Positions 17,848 to 27,926 are shown, numbered from the stretch's first letter. The stretch: DNA of 64,000 nt from an uncultured Arenicella sp. (GCA_947499305.1 CANMNN010000016.1:8614-72613), one strand, 5' to 3'. Translations and numbers: made by a program. The notes: generated by a model not told the origin, from the sequence alone.

Positions 17848-18420
17848 ATGAGCGAACAAGACTATATGAAGTGGAATACAGAAAAGGCTGCGAGTAGCGG
17901 TGTAACGAAGGCGCATCTTAGCGCAATTACAGCTTGGGCGGGTGGTATCTCTGGACATAGAATCTGGGGTGCGATAAATCAATACCTACCAAGTAACATA
18001 AACACTCAACCACCGGAAACATTTAAGGCCTTTAGTGTAACAACTCGTTACAGTAAGGACGATGAGAAAGGCTATGAGGGGATTGAACTTATACTCAACG
18101 AAGAGCGTAACCAAGAATCAGAGTGGGGCAATGAATTCATTAAGCTTGCTGAGCTTGTAGTCTTCCAGCTTACGGATGATAACGAAGATGAGCTCAAGGC
18201 GAAGGCGAGAGATGGTGGTAAAATAGAAAATGTAGCAAGCGCTATTTCAGAATTTAACGGCTTTACGCTCAAAAATTGGACTTTGAAATATCGCAAAGAT
18301 AATCAATTCGACGGTAACAGTTATTTTGGGGGATTATCAGTTATGCTCTGGGAGCACAAGGATAGTGGTCAGGAGAGCGTGCTATCTTGGAGCTATATTC
18401 CTTATGTCTCACCAAAGTAA
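17848..18420 (+). CDS. Hypothetical cytoplasmic protein
   Basis: 190-aa ORF 13 nt after the peroxidase, GGAG RBS; no recognisable motif or signal peptide. Confidence 0.75.
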   Translation: MSEQDYMKWNTEKAASSGVTKAHLSAITAWAGGISGHRIWGAINQYLPSNINTQPPETFKAFSVTTRYSKDDEKGYEGIELILNEERNQESEWGNEFIKLAELVVFQLTDDNEDELKAKARDGGKIENVASAISEFNGFTLKNWTLKYRKDNQFDGNSYFGGLSVMLWEHKDSGQESVLSWSYIPYVSPK

Positions 18421-18499
18421 ATCTATTTTTGGATGCCATTATTCCTAGTAACTACTGAAATAGCTCTAATAAGCAATTTTATTATTGCTGATTTGTAAC

Positions 18500-21400
18500 A
18501 TGTTTTTCAGAAGTAAAACAATAGCTTGTTTATCAACTATTTTGATTGGAGTGATGTTCGCGAGCAGTGCTGCTGCCAAACAGCACTCTCTGGAATCGAA
18601 TTTAAAAAAGCCTAATTTAGTACTTGTAAAGGGCATTGATTCTCAAGGTATAACGTTTAAAACAGCGGACAAGCAATCATCGTTCGCCTTTCCGATTTTG
18701 GGTTCAAACACTTTACTCGGTTGGTATTTCCAACCTGCCAATGAGCCTCAAAAATACCACTCTGTTGAAAGTGAGAATGTTGGTAAAGCACCAAACAATG
18801 CGATTCAGGTTCTCGACACGAAAATCAGAAAAACTGAGCTAGTGGCTTGGGCGCCATTGCTTAATAAAATTACAGAATCATTAGAACGTATTTCCGAGTT
18901 AGGCGTTGTAGAGAGTCGTGCTCAAATAGAAGTGTTGAGTGAACTTATCGTAAAGCTACCAGCGAATATCCAAGATGAATTACAGATTGATCTTTTGACT
19001 AGTCGCTTGTTGTTTGATGCGGGTTTGACTAAGAAGTCGTTGATGGTATCGATTGATGCAGAATCTTGTTTAATAGAATTAGTGGCATTTTCGGAATATT
19101 GTTTTGAGTTATTGAGGACTCGCGCGAATGCTCTAGAAAGAGTTGGAAAATTTAAATTAGCGAGAAATTTACAAGTATCGACAGTCCAAGCTTTATCGAG
19201 TTTAGAAAAGACCGATAACCAACTCTCACGTCTAATAATTATGAAGGCGAGTGCTGAGCAGCTAAATGTGCATATAGCCGTGGCGGCATCAGATGCAGAA
19301 AGTGTGAAAGCAAGTATCACTAACTTGAAGACAATTTTAAAGGAAGAAGAGTCGCGTAATTTGTTGAACCTTTATCAAAAAGGTCTTATCAATTTGATGA
19401 TCGGTTCTGCTCTTATTAGAGGTGGTGAATTAGAAAACTCAGTGAAGCCTCTTTTAAACGCCGAGAGACAGTTTAGGGAGAGTGGTAATCATGCCTATCT
19501 CACCTCAGTTTACTCTCTATTGCATACCACTAATTACCTCCAAGGGCGCTATCTTCCGGCCTTAGATATGATCACCTTAGCTCTTGAATTAGTGAATGAA
19601 GAATCACCTTTATATTATTACTACTTGCTTGTTCAAGGTAGTGCGTTGGCGAAGCTCGGGAGATATCAACAGGCGAAGGCTAGTTTGATAACTGCGATGA
19701 GTTTTTATGAATCAAATCAAAATCCATACTATCTATCCGGATGCTATCGTGCCTTAGCCGTGGTCGAACGCGAACTTGGAAATTATGATGTCGCCAATAA
19801 GCTTCACGATTCAGCTATAACCATGTTTTTAGGAGAAGACCACAATAACCCCAGCAACTTACATTCATTTTTAGCAACCAGGTCTGAGAGTTTGATGACA
19901 GCCTTGCGACAAGGTGACTTGAAGCAGTCGCGTAAGTATGTAGTGGAATTAGAATCTTCATATAAAAAATTTCTTGAATCTAAAGACTCCTCGAAAAGTC
20001 TGCCGGAAAAAACCGTTCTGTATGCTTTAGCGAGTTATGCCACTTCAATTGGTGATTCAAACAGCTTAGTTAAGTATCGCGATAAACTTGCTTACGTATT
20101 AAATGAAACTCCAGCAGATTCGTATTCACTGGAAAAGGCTCGATTAGAACAGCTAAATCTTATTGAAGACCTGCAACAGGATGACCTTATTGCTGCCGCA
20201 AGTCACTTTCAAGCGCTAATGTCGCACGTTAATAGAACGCGTGATCGAGTGCGAGTTGTATCTTTTCAGCGTGGATACTCTAATTTAGTAAAAGGTTTCG
20301 CCGAGCCATTGATTGAAAAATTAGCCTTGAGTTTAGAGCATAAATGGGTGGCTGAGAAAGCCGATGCTCTGCTGAGAGTTTTAAGCCAAATTCAAGGGGC
20401 AACTGTTGTTGAAGCGTCAAGAGCAGCGCGGAGTCGGATTGCAAGAGGGGCAGTGATGGAGACTAGCTCATCAGATGATAGCTTGAGTAAAGAGGTGGAG
20501 GTATTTACTGCACAAAATGAGAAAGAGAGCTATGCTTTGAGAGCTCGGGCAGACCATAGTGTACTAAGAGAGAATGTTCTCCAAGCTCTGTCATTAGAGG
20601 ATTCGCCAGATAGCTTTGTTGAACAGATCGAGAGCGTAACTTCGCTAGTTGAAAAGTTAAGGGGTGATGAGATCTACTTGAATTCGTTCAACACTAAGAC
20701 GCACACCTACCTACTTTATTTAAGTAAATTCCAAAAGGGTGTTGTTGCTGTTGAAAGAACTAAGGATCTTGATCGAATAGTTGCCTCGGCGAATCAAATG
20801 CTGATCGATCGGTATTCAGAGCCGCAGAAAATACTTGAACGAATAGGTAGTCTATTTTCGCTGAACAAGGTACTAGCTGGGGATAAATATCGGCACGCCA
20901 TTACGACAGGCGACGGCAAATTTTCAGACATACCGTTCTCGACGCTTAGCCTAAATGAGCAATATTTGGGTACTTATATTTCTAATACTCACGTTACATC
21001 TACGAGCTATTATTTTGCGCCTAGAGAAGCGTTTGACATTGAAAAGGTACTCACCAACGATGTTGCCGTTATTGCCGACCCAAATTTTAATGGCAGTAAC
21101 TTAATGAGCCTTACTCGCGGAGTGTCAGACGAGAATTTTCAAAACTGGATTTCTTCGTTGAGTCGGCTCCCATGGACGGCCAAAGAATCGCAGTCTATTA
21201 GTGCGGCGTTTCCCGATGCTCAGATTGCGTTGAGAACCAAAGAAGATGCAACCAGTGAGAGTCTCAGAGACTTGGCTTCCACCAGCACCATACTGCATAT
21301 AGCTACGCATGGTTATTTTAGCTCGAGGACTCCTGAACTTGCCGGGTTAGCCCTAACTGAAACAGCTAGCCTTAGCTCAGGATTTCTCTCGTCAAATCAA

Positions 21401-21748
21401 CTATCTAAACTTGATATTGCTTCTCGCTTAGTTGTTTTCAGTGCGTGTGAAACGGCCCTTTCAGAAGAGTCTGCTGGAGATAGTGGCTGGGGACTGGCCC
21501 AAGTTGCCCTTTACGCGGGAGCAAGAAATGCGGTTGGAACACTTTGGAAAGTGCCGGACCGACAAACAGCTCTATTTTTTGATAGTTTTTACAATAAGCT
21601 TTCAGATGGCCGAAGCGACGTCTCCACCGCATTACTAGAAGCGAAAAAGATCATGGCTAATTCGCGTTACTCTCATCCATTCTACTGGGCTGGCTTCAAA
21701 GCATTTGCGAGCAAACGAATAGATACCGAGCCATTTGATTTTCAGTAA
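18500..21748 (+). CDS. Exported TPR-CHAT (caspase-like, clan CD) protease
   Basis: Signal peptide MFFRSKTIACLSTILIGVMFASSAAA; central TPR-like helices; CHAT dyad ILHIATHG and LVVFSACET; LWKVPD and HPFYWAGF. Track start was 18485. Confidence 0.9.
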   Translation: MFFRSKTIACLSTILIGVMFASSAAAKQHSLESNLKKPNLVLVKGIDSQGITFKTADKQSSFAFPILGSNTLLGWYFQPANEPQKYHSVESENVGKAPNNAIQVLDTKIRKTELVAWAPLLNKITESLERISELGVVESRAQIEVLSELIVKLPANIQDELQIDLLTSRLLFDAGLTKKSLMVSIDAESCLIELVAFSEYCFELLRTRANALERVGKFKLARNLQVSTVQALSSLEKTDNQLSRLIIMKASAEQLNVHIAVAASDAESVKASITNLKTILKEEESRNLLNLYQKGLINLMIGSALIRGGELENSVKPLLNAERQFRESGNHAYLTSVYSLLHTTNYLQGRYLPALDMITLALELVNEESPLYYYYLLVQGSALAKLGRYQQAKASLITAMSFYESNQNPYYLSGCYRALAVVERELGNYDVANKLHDSAITMFLGEDHNNPSNLHSFLATRSESLMTALRQGDLKQSRKYVVELESSYKKFLESKDSSKSLPEKTVLYALASYATSIGDSNSLVKYRDKLAYVLNETPADSYSLEKARLEQLNLIEDLQQDDLIAAASHFQALMSHVNRTRDRVRVVSFQRGYSNLVKGFAEPLIEKLALSLEHKWVAEKADALLRVLSQIQGATVVEASRAARSRIARGAVMETSSSDDSLSKEVEVFTAQNEKESYALRARADHSVLRENVLQALSLEDSPDSFVEQIESVTSLVEKLRGDEIYLNSFNTKTHTYLLYLSKFQKGVVAVERTKDLDRIVASANQMLIDRYSEPQKILERIGSLFSLNKVLAGDKYRHAITTGDGKFSDIPFSTLSLNEQYLGTYISNTHVTSTSYYFAPREAFDIEKVLTNDVAVIADPNFNGSNLMSLTRGVSDENFQNWISSLSRLPWTAKESQSISAAFPDAQIALRTKEDATSESLRDLASTSTILHIATHGYFSSRTPELAGLALTETASLSSGFLSSNQLSKLDIASRLVVFSACETALSEESAGDSGWGLAQVALYAGARNAVGTLWKVPDRQTALFFDSFYNKLSDGRSDVSTALLEAKKIMANSRYSHPFYWAGFKAFASKRIDTEPFDFQ

Positions 21749-21844
21749 TAGTATTGATTTCTATAAGACTTTCAAAAGGCGCAGAACCTCAATACTCGAA
21801 ATTAAATAGGTCACTGCGAGGGTTAGCGCGGGCTCTCTAGTTGA

Positions 21845-22948
21845 TCACTGACTAAGCCTTAATAGCCGCCCATCAACCCCATCCTCCAAAACCCAAACAC
21901 TCCCATCTTCGGCCTGCTCTAACTCCCGAATTCGAGCGCCCATTTCGAAGCGTTCGACTTCTTTGGCAGTGTCGCCATCAACTTCGACGCGAACAATCGC
22001 TCTGGAGCCTAGGCCGGCAATTAAAAAAGAGCCTTGCCATGTCTCAAACATGTCGTCGCTGTAGTAGATAAGCTCAGCTGGCGCGATGGTTGGCTTCCAC
22101 CATGTTTTGGGTGCTTCGAATTGCGGTTGACTATCGTGGTCGGGTATCTTTTTACCGCTGTAGTGATCGCCGTTCGATACCGTTGGGTAGCCATAGTTGG
22201 CACCGCGTTTAACTAGGTTTAATTCGTCGCCGTGCAGTGGGCCCATTTCGGAATTCCAGAGTCGACCTTTGTCATCAAAAGCTAAGCCAAGTGGGTTGCG
22301 ATGACCGCTTGACCAAATTTGTGCTGTTACGCCACCTTTCTCGAAGAATGGGTTGTCTTCCGGAATTGAGCCGTCGTCATTTAAGCGTAGTACTTTACCC
22401 ATATTGCTGTTCATATCTTGCGATGGGTCGAATTTTTGACGTTCGCCTGAGGAAATGAACATGTAGCCTTTGGCATCGAATGCGATTCGATGGCCGTAAT
22501 GGCCTCTACCGGTGACTTTGGGTGTTTGTTCCCAGACTTTCTTGATCTCGCTCAGTGTGCCGCCACCTTCATTAAGATCGAGCTTGGCGCTGATCACAAC
22601 TGCGCCGTATTTTTTTGATTCTCCGGCTTCGGCGTAGCTGAGATAGATACGAGAATTATTGGCAAAGTCTGGGTGTAACACTACATCGCCTAACCCACCT
22701 TGGCCGCCGTAGGCGACTTTAGGTACATTTTTTATGGGGCTTGATACGTCACCATTTTTGCTCACTAACAATAATTGGCCGCTCTTTTCAGTAACCAGTA
22801 ATTTACCTGATGGCAAAAAGGTCATCGCCCACGGTTCGTTAAAGCTTGCGATCTCTTGCTTCTTGAACGAAGGGTCGGCTAGCGTGTTTTGGGTAACAAG
22901 ACTTAGAGCTAGAAAAAAAGTCGTACGAAAATATGAGTGACGTTTCAT
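21845..22948 (-). CDS. PQQ-dependent aldose sugar dehydrogenase (YliI/GSDH family)
   Basis: Signal peptide; EPWAMTFLP, GQGGLGDVVLHPDF, GHRNPLG, GDELN, ANYGYP. Confidence 0.92.
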   Translation of the reverse strand: MKRHSYFRTTFFLALSLVTQNTLADPSFKKQEIASFNEPWAMTFLPSGKLLVTEKSGQLLLVSKNGDVSSPIKNVPKVAYGGQGGLGDVVLHPDFANNSRIYLSYAEAGESKKYGAVVISAKLDLNEGGGTLSEIKKVWEQTPKVTGRGHYGHRIAFDAKGYMFISSGERQKFDPSQDMNSNMGKVLRLNDDGSIPEDNPFFEKGGVTAQIWSSGHRNPLGLAFDDKGRLWNSEMGPLHGDELNLVKRGANYGYPTVSNGDHYSGKKIPDHDSQPQFEAPKTWWKPTIAPAELIYYSDDMFETWQGSFLIAGLGSRAIVRVEVDGDTAKEVERFEMGARIRELEQAEDGSVWVLEDGVDGRLLRLSQ

Positions 22949-23098
22949 AGTAGTATTTAATTGATAGTTTTAGGGGTCTTGCGAAAATTACAATAACACA
23001 GACGAATCAATAATTTGCCAAGCGCAAATTATTGCTATCATTATCGACCGCTCAAGTGAGCAGGGCACTGCCAAGAGCCAAAAATGCGAGAATATAGA

Positions 23099-23446
23099 AT
23101 GAGTCAGATAGAAACTTTATTGGGTCGAATACAGAAATTTGCTGAAGAGCGCGACTGGGAACAATTTCATTCTCCTAAAAATATCAGCATGGCGTTGGCG
23201 GTTGAGGCATCTGAGTTGCTCGAGCATTTTCAATGGATGAGCCAAGAGGAATCTCGCAATATTCAAGGCGATAAAAAGCAAGAAGTCGCCGATGAAGTGG
23301 CTGATGTTTTTCTATATCTATTAAGAATGTGTGAGCAACTTGATATCGATTTGATTGAGGCAGCGAATCAAAAGATAGATAAAAATGCAATCAAGTACCC
23401 AGTAGAGAAATCCAAGGGCCGCTCGACTAAATACAATGAGCTCTAA
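23099..23446 (+). CDS. MazG-like nucleotide pyrophosphohydrolase
   Basis: FAEERDWEQFHSPKNISMALAVEASELLEHFQW and EVADEVADV. Track start was 23084. Confidence 0.9.
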   Translation: MSQIETLLGRIQKFAEERDWEQFHSPKNISMALAVEASELLEHFQWMSQEESRNIQGDKKQEVADEVADVFLYLLRMCEQLDIDLIEAANQKIDKNAIKYPVEKSKGRSTKYNEL

Positions 23447-25779
23447 TGAATGCATCAGAGCTGAAGAAAATTTGCATAGAGGGATCAACGCGGCTGTATG
23501 AGCATGTTTCCAAGCGTCGAAATGGCGGTGCGCAGGAGATTGCTGTTGCTGATATCGAAATCGTAGATACCCATGAATTCAAGCTAAAGTTATCTCGAAC
23601 AATTTTCGACTTAGATTCCATTCGTTTCGTGTATACCGATATCGAAAGGCGCTACCTTGAGAGCGATGAGCTTAGCATTGCGGTTTATGATCACGAGCAG
23701 CGTTTTGTTATTGTGAAAACCAGCTCTGAGGTGGCCGATTTACTCAAGGAAAGTATTGAACACCCTGATAACTGGATACTCACCTTTGATCTAAAGTTTC
23801 TAATTAAGCGTGTGATCGAATGGTATGAAGCGCATGGTGATGGTCTTCGATTTCTCAATGGCCGAAAATCGTCTGCACTAAACTTTGATACCTCTCTTGT
23901 TTTTTCGGATGCACAGCCCAGTGAGGAACAGGCCCGCGCTATTGACGCCTGTTTTAATCAACCCTTAAGTTACATCTGGGGTGCACCTGGTACCGGGAAA
24001 ACTCGTTTTGTATTGAGCTATGCATTGCTTAATTACCTGAACAACGATTCAAAAGTGTTGGTGCTCGCGCCTACCAATTTAGCTCTAGAGCAAATCTTTA
24101 GAGGTATCGTAGGCGTACTCCAACGAGCTAAGATTGATCGCCGTAAGCTATTGCGACTCGGCACTCCTACTAAGGCGTTTGCTAAGGACTATGGTGAAAT
24201 TTGTGAAGACAAAGGTTTAGATGTAAAGCTGGCTCAGCTTAATCGCCAGATTGAAATCTTAGAATCTATTCAAATGATCGATCAACGTGACGGGCCAACT
24301 CTGCTTGAAATGATAAGAGAGCTACAGTGGCTAGACAAGCGTCAAAAATTGGTGCGCATTAGTGATGCAAAGCTGGCCAAGCTACAAGCTGAAATTGATT
24401 CGGCGAGTGATACGCAAAGTGCTTTGAGCAATTCAATTAAAGCGCATATGAAGGCGCTCGATGCGTCGATAACAAACCCAGTTAAGCATGCAACGATCGA
24501 GGAATCTCAAGCCAAGTTGATTGCTAAGTTACAACAGAGTAAACACAAGCTTGATGATAATCTCACTCGCTATAAGAGCATCGATGGAGATGTCTCCAGC
24601 TTGCGTAAAATCGTAAACAAGCGCCTCAACAAGGTTCAGTCATTGGCGAGGAAATGTGGGCTGGAAGATACTGAATTAAGTTTGTCGAATATACAAAGTC
24701 TGGAGCAAGAAGCGTTATCAAGCCGAGCTCGGCTGTTTTCAATGGCACAGGAGTATGAGCAGTTTGCTGAAAGTGAAATGGCGGATAAGTTAAAGCACTA
24801 CAAGAGCGACGCAATTACTCTTAAGTCTTATACAAGCGAAGCCCGCTTGAATAGTGCGGGTGTAGTCGGTATGACCCTCGACTCATATATTGCTCGGAGC
24901 AAAGACAAACCTATTGATGCTGATCATATTTTCATCGATGAGGCGGGCTACGCCAGCGCTATTAAAACGCTCACTGCATTTGCGAGTGACGTGCCTATCA
25001 CATTCCTCGGTGATCATAAGCAACTACCGCCAGTATGCGAAATGGCACGGGATGAAATTCTCAAAGCCGATGCTGATAACGCGGTTCTTATGTGGGATCT
25101 GTCGGCTATTTTCTGTGAATCAATTTGGTGTTCGAATTCTTTCGCGAGCGTGGTAGAAAACTATAAAGATCAACGCTCTCCAGTCTTTAACGAACTTAAG
25201 AGGCGAGCGCTGACTAAAAGCTATCGCTTTGGTAAAAAGCTTGCGTCGGTATTGCATCAACATGTCTATATCGAAGAGGGCTTTTGTTCGGGCCTAGAGC
25301 ACGATACACAAATAAGTGTCTTTAATGTTGATAATCGGGCCTTTGTCGGTGAAGGAGATTTCGGCCGTCGGGCTAATACTGCAGAGGCAAATTGCGTTAT
25401 TAAAATTCTTGATTCAGGCATTTTAGAAAATGATGATTTTGCTATATTGACCCCGTATCGTGACCAAGTTTCATTGCTAGCAAAGTTAAAACCTGAGCTC
25501 GCTGAGCAAGGTCGCCTGCTCACAGTACATAAGTCACAAGGTCGAGAGTGGCACACGGTGATCTATAATGTGTGCGACATTGGCAATGGTGCTCATCCGT
25601 GGTTTACCGATTCGAGAAACGACCTATCTAGCGGATTATCAAATGTGAATACCGCCGTTAGTCGAGCCAAAAAGCATTTGATTATTGTTTGTGATTCTAA
25701 GGCTTGGCAGGCAAAGGATAGTCAATTGATCTCTGGTTTAATCGACGCAAGAACTAGACGCTATCAATACCAGGCTTAG
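23446..25779 (+). CDS. SF1 helicase, UPF1/DNA2-NAM7-like (AAA_11/AAA_12), with coiled-coil insert
   Basis: WGAPGTGKT, FIDEAG, LGDHKQLPP, LTKSYRF, ILTPYRDQV, TVHKSQGRE, NTAVSRAK; TAATG overlap with the MazG gene. Confidence 0.9.
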   Translation: MNASELKKICIEGSTRLYEHVSKRRNGGAQEIAVADIEIVDTHEFKLKLSRTIFDLDSIRFVYTDIERRYLESDELSIAVYDHEQRFVIVKTSSEVADLLKESIEHPDNWILTFDLKFLIKRVIEWYEAHGDGLRFLNGRKSSALNFDTSLVFSDAQPSEEQARAIDACFNQPLSYIWGAPGTGKTRFVLSYALLNYLNNDSKVLVLAPTNLALEQIFRGIVGVLQRAKIDRRKLLRLGTPTKAFAKDYGEICEDKGLDVKLAQLNRQIEILESIQMIDQRDGPTLLEMIRELQWLDKRQKLVRISDAKLAKLQAEIDSASDTQSALSNSIKAHMKALDASITNPVKHATIEESQAKLIAKLQQSKHKLDDNLTRYKSIDGDVSSLRKIVNKRLNKVQSLARKCGLEDTELSLSNIQSLEQEALSSRARLFSMAQEYEQFAESEMADKLKHYKSDAITLKSYTSEARLNSAGVVGMTLDSYIARSKDKPIDADHIFIDEAGYASAIKTLTAFASDVPITFLGDHKQLPPVCEMARDEILKADADNAVLMWDLSAIFCESIWCSNSFASVVENYKDQRSPVFNELKRRALTKSYRFGKKLASVLHQHVYIEEGFCSGLEHDTQISVFNVDNRAFVGEGDFGRRANTAEANCVIKILDSGILENDDFAILTPYRDQVSLLAKLKPELAEQGRLLTVHKSQGREWHTVIYNVCDIGNGAHPWFTDSRNDLSSGLSNVNTAVSRAKKHLIIVCDSKAWQAKDSQLISGLIDARTRRYQYQA

Positions 25780-25795
25780 CCAATGACCCGTACCG

Positions 25796-26914
25796 TCATC
25801 GCAGTCCGGACCGAAAACGCAACATCACCGAGCCAAATTGAAGATTCTCAGTTTGACTATTGAACTCTTCACTGCGTATTGTTTGTGAGTAAATCAGTTC
25901 CACTTTTTTATAGCGCATTCCAACACCGTAGATGAGCTCACCAACCAGTGAGCTCGATTTAACACCGGTGTCGAAATCTCTAAATATGGGGCCGTCTAAA
26001 GTGATGTCGTGTAATACACCCGTGGCGCGAATGCCACCAAATGCGTAGGCTGAGATTTTATTGCTAAAGTCGCGATTGTCACTGAATAATTGATGTCCGT
26101 AGCTGCCGAGCTGAACACGCGGAGTAGAAAAACTACTAGGCAAACGAAAACCTATTCGCGCTAAAGAACCAACATAGGCATCGGTTCTAAAGTTTCCTAA
26201 GGCTAAACCACCTTCGTAATAGCCATCAATTTCTAAACCTCGAGTGCCCACTTTATAGAGTTTGCGAAAGCGTCGTTTGTGATCGAAATGTAGATTCAGA
26301 GTAAGTTCACCGGGGACCTGACTGTCCCAACCTTGAAACAATGGGCTATTACTAATGTAGCGGTGCACCCAGTCTTGGCTTGGCTGGGCCAAGCTTGCTT
26401 CACCGGTTGTACCAATGGAGACGGTTAGGCTATTCACTAGATTCTCGCTTTTGGCGTGCAGTGAATACTCAAGCCCGAGCCATCCCGCGTAGGGGCGTTC
26501 GCCTTCGGGGGCGATCAACGCTCTGGGATCTTCGGGTGTGAACAATAATTGGCTAAGGCCAACGCCGCGGGCAAAACGAAGGTTTGAATCGTCTCTTATA
26601 CCCAAGAGTTTTAGCGGGCGATACAAAATATTAGAGGCTTCTTGAAAGCGCTCATTCATGCGTTGCCCCTCATCAGATTCAAAGGGTAGCTCTTGAACAA
26701 AGCCTAAGCGAATACCGCTGGTGTAATCGCGGTCGGACCCTGAAAATAGATCGTTATCAAGTTGCAGTAATACTTGCCACTTTGACGGTTCGGGTGTTTT
26801 ATCTCTTTGTTCTTGAGCGGATGCGCTGCTGAAGCTAACAAGTACGCTAACTGAAATTAGAGCGTTTATAAGAGTGCTCTTTAGAGCTTTTTTAAGAGTG
26901 GTGTTATGGGACAC
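25796..26914 (-). CDS. Lipid A 3'-O-deacylase LpxR family outer-membrane protein
   Basis: Signal peptide; LDNDLFSGSDRDYTSG, ERPYAGWL, GWDSQV; beta-barrel-like C-terminus. Confidence 0.85.
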   Translation of the reverse strand: MSHNTTLKKALKSTLINALISVSVLVSFSSASAQEQRDKTPEPSKWQVLLQLDNDLFSGSDRDYTSGIRLGFVQELPFESDEGQRMNERFQEASNILYRPLKLLGIRDDSNLRFARGVGLSQLLFTPEDPRALIAPEGERPYAGWLGLEYSLHAKSENLVNSLTVSIGTTGEASLAQPSQDWVHRYISNSPLFQGWDSQVPGELTLNLHFDHKRRFRKLYKVGTRGLEIDGYYEGGLALGNFRTDAYVGSLARIGFRLPSSFSTPRVQLGSYGHQLFSDNRDFSNKISAYAFGGIRATGVLHDITLDGPIFRDFDTGVKSSSLVGELIYGVGMRYKKVELIYSQTIRSEEFNSQTENLQFGSVMLRFRSGLR

Positions 26915-27023
26915 GTGTTTGATGCATAAGTTTGTATGTTCTTAAGTGTCGCAGCTATGAGATCTTAAGTAAATTGAGAGTCGACGATGTACAATTACAC
27001 AAAAGAATATACCTGACGTTTAT

Positions 27024-27926
27024 TTGATGAAAAAAATTTCTTTGGTCTTGGGCAGTGGCGGCGCGCGTGGCTTGGCACATATTGGGGTAATTCGATATTT
27101 AGAGGCCAATGGCTATGAAATAGAATCTATTTCAGGCAGCTCGGCTGGCGCGCTTGTAGGAGGCGTCTATGCGGCCGGCAAACTCGATGAATTTGAGGAG
27201 TGGGTTCGAGCCATTACCAAGCTTGATATGGTGCGCTTGCTTGACGTGTCTTGGAGTGGCGGCGGTTTCTTTCGAGGTGATCGTTTTATCAATGCCTTGA
27301 TTGACCTTGTTGGCACGCAGAAAATCGAAGATTTGCCGATCAAATTTACTGCGGTAGCCGCTGACATAAAAAACGAAAAAGAGGTTTGGCTAAACTCAGG
27401 TGATTTGTTCGAAGCGATTCGGGCGTCAATTTCTTTGCCTTTATTTTTCACGCCTTTTGACCGTAATGGCGCCAAGCTTATCGATGGTGCGGTGTTAAAT
27501 CCTGTACCGATTGCGCCAACCTTTGGTGATAACACAGACATGACCATCGCCGTTAACTTAGGCGGTAAGGCCGATCCCGGTTTGAACGTTGAGCGACCTA
27601 AAAAAAGGAAGCAGCCGATTGAAGTGGATGAAAATTCAGCAATTCATCTGAAGATCGCAAACTATATTCAGCGCCTACAGATTAGTCGAGAGAAAAATAG
27701 TTCGAATAAGAAATCAGAACTTGATTGGGGGATGTACGACGTAGCCAACCAGGCATTCGATAGCATGCAGAGTAGTTTGGCTAAGCAAAAGCTCGCTGCT
27801 TACCCGCCAGATCATACTATCGAAATACCCCGTAATGCTTGCCGAACTCTAGAGGTAGACCGAGCTAACGAGATGATTGAGCTCGGCCTCGAGCGTGCAG
27901 AGGCCTATTTTAAGACTGCTTTTTAG
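27024..27926 (+). CDS. Patatin-like phospholipase (RssA/NTE type)
   Basis: GSGGARG, GSSAG nucleophile elbow, DGA motif. Confidence 0.92.
   Translation: MMKKISLVLGSGGARGLAHIGVIRYLEANGYEIESISGSSAGALVGGVYAAGKLDEFEEWVRAITKLDMVRLLDVSWSGGGFFRGDRFINALIDLVGTQKIEDLPIKFTAVAADIKNEKEVWLNSGDLFEAIRASISLPLFFTPFDRNGAKLIDGAVLNPVPIAPTFGDNTDMTIAVNLGGKADPGLNVERPKKRKQPIEVDENSAIHLKIANYIQRLQISREKNSSNKKSELDWGMYDVANQAFDSMQSSLAKQKLAAYPPDHTIEIPRNACRTLEVDRANEMIELGLERAEAYFKTAF

Noticed and set aside
14800-21748. Type III-E CRISPR (Craspase) or gasdermin system
   Set aside because: No Cas7-11, CRISPR array or gasdermin-like ORF in the window; only the protease/sigma logic is analogous.
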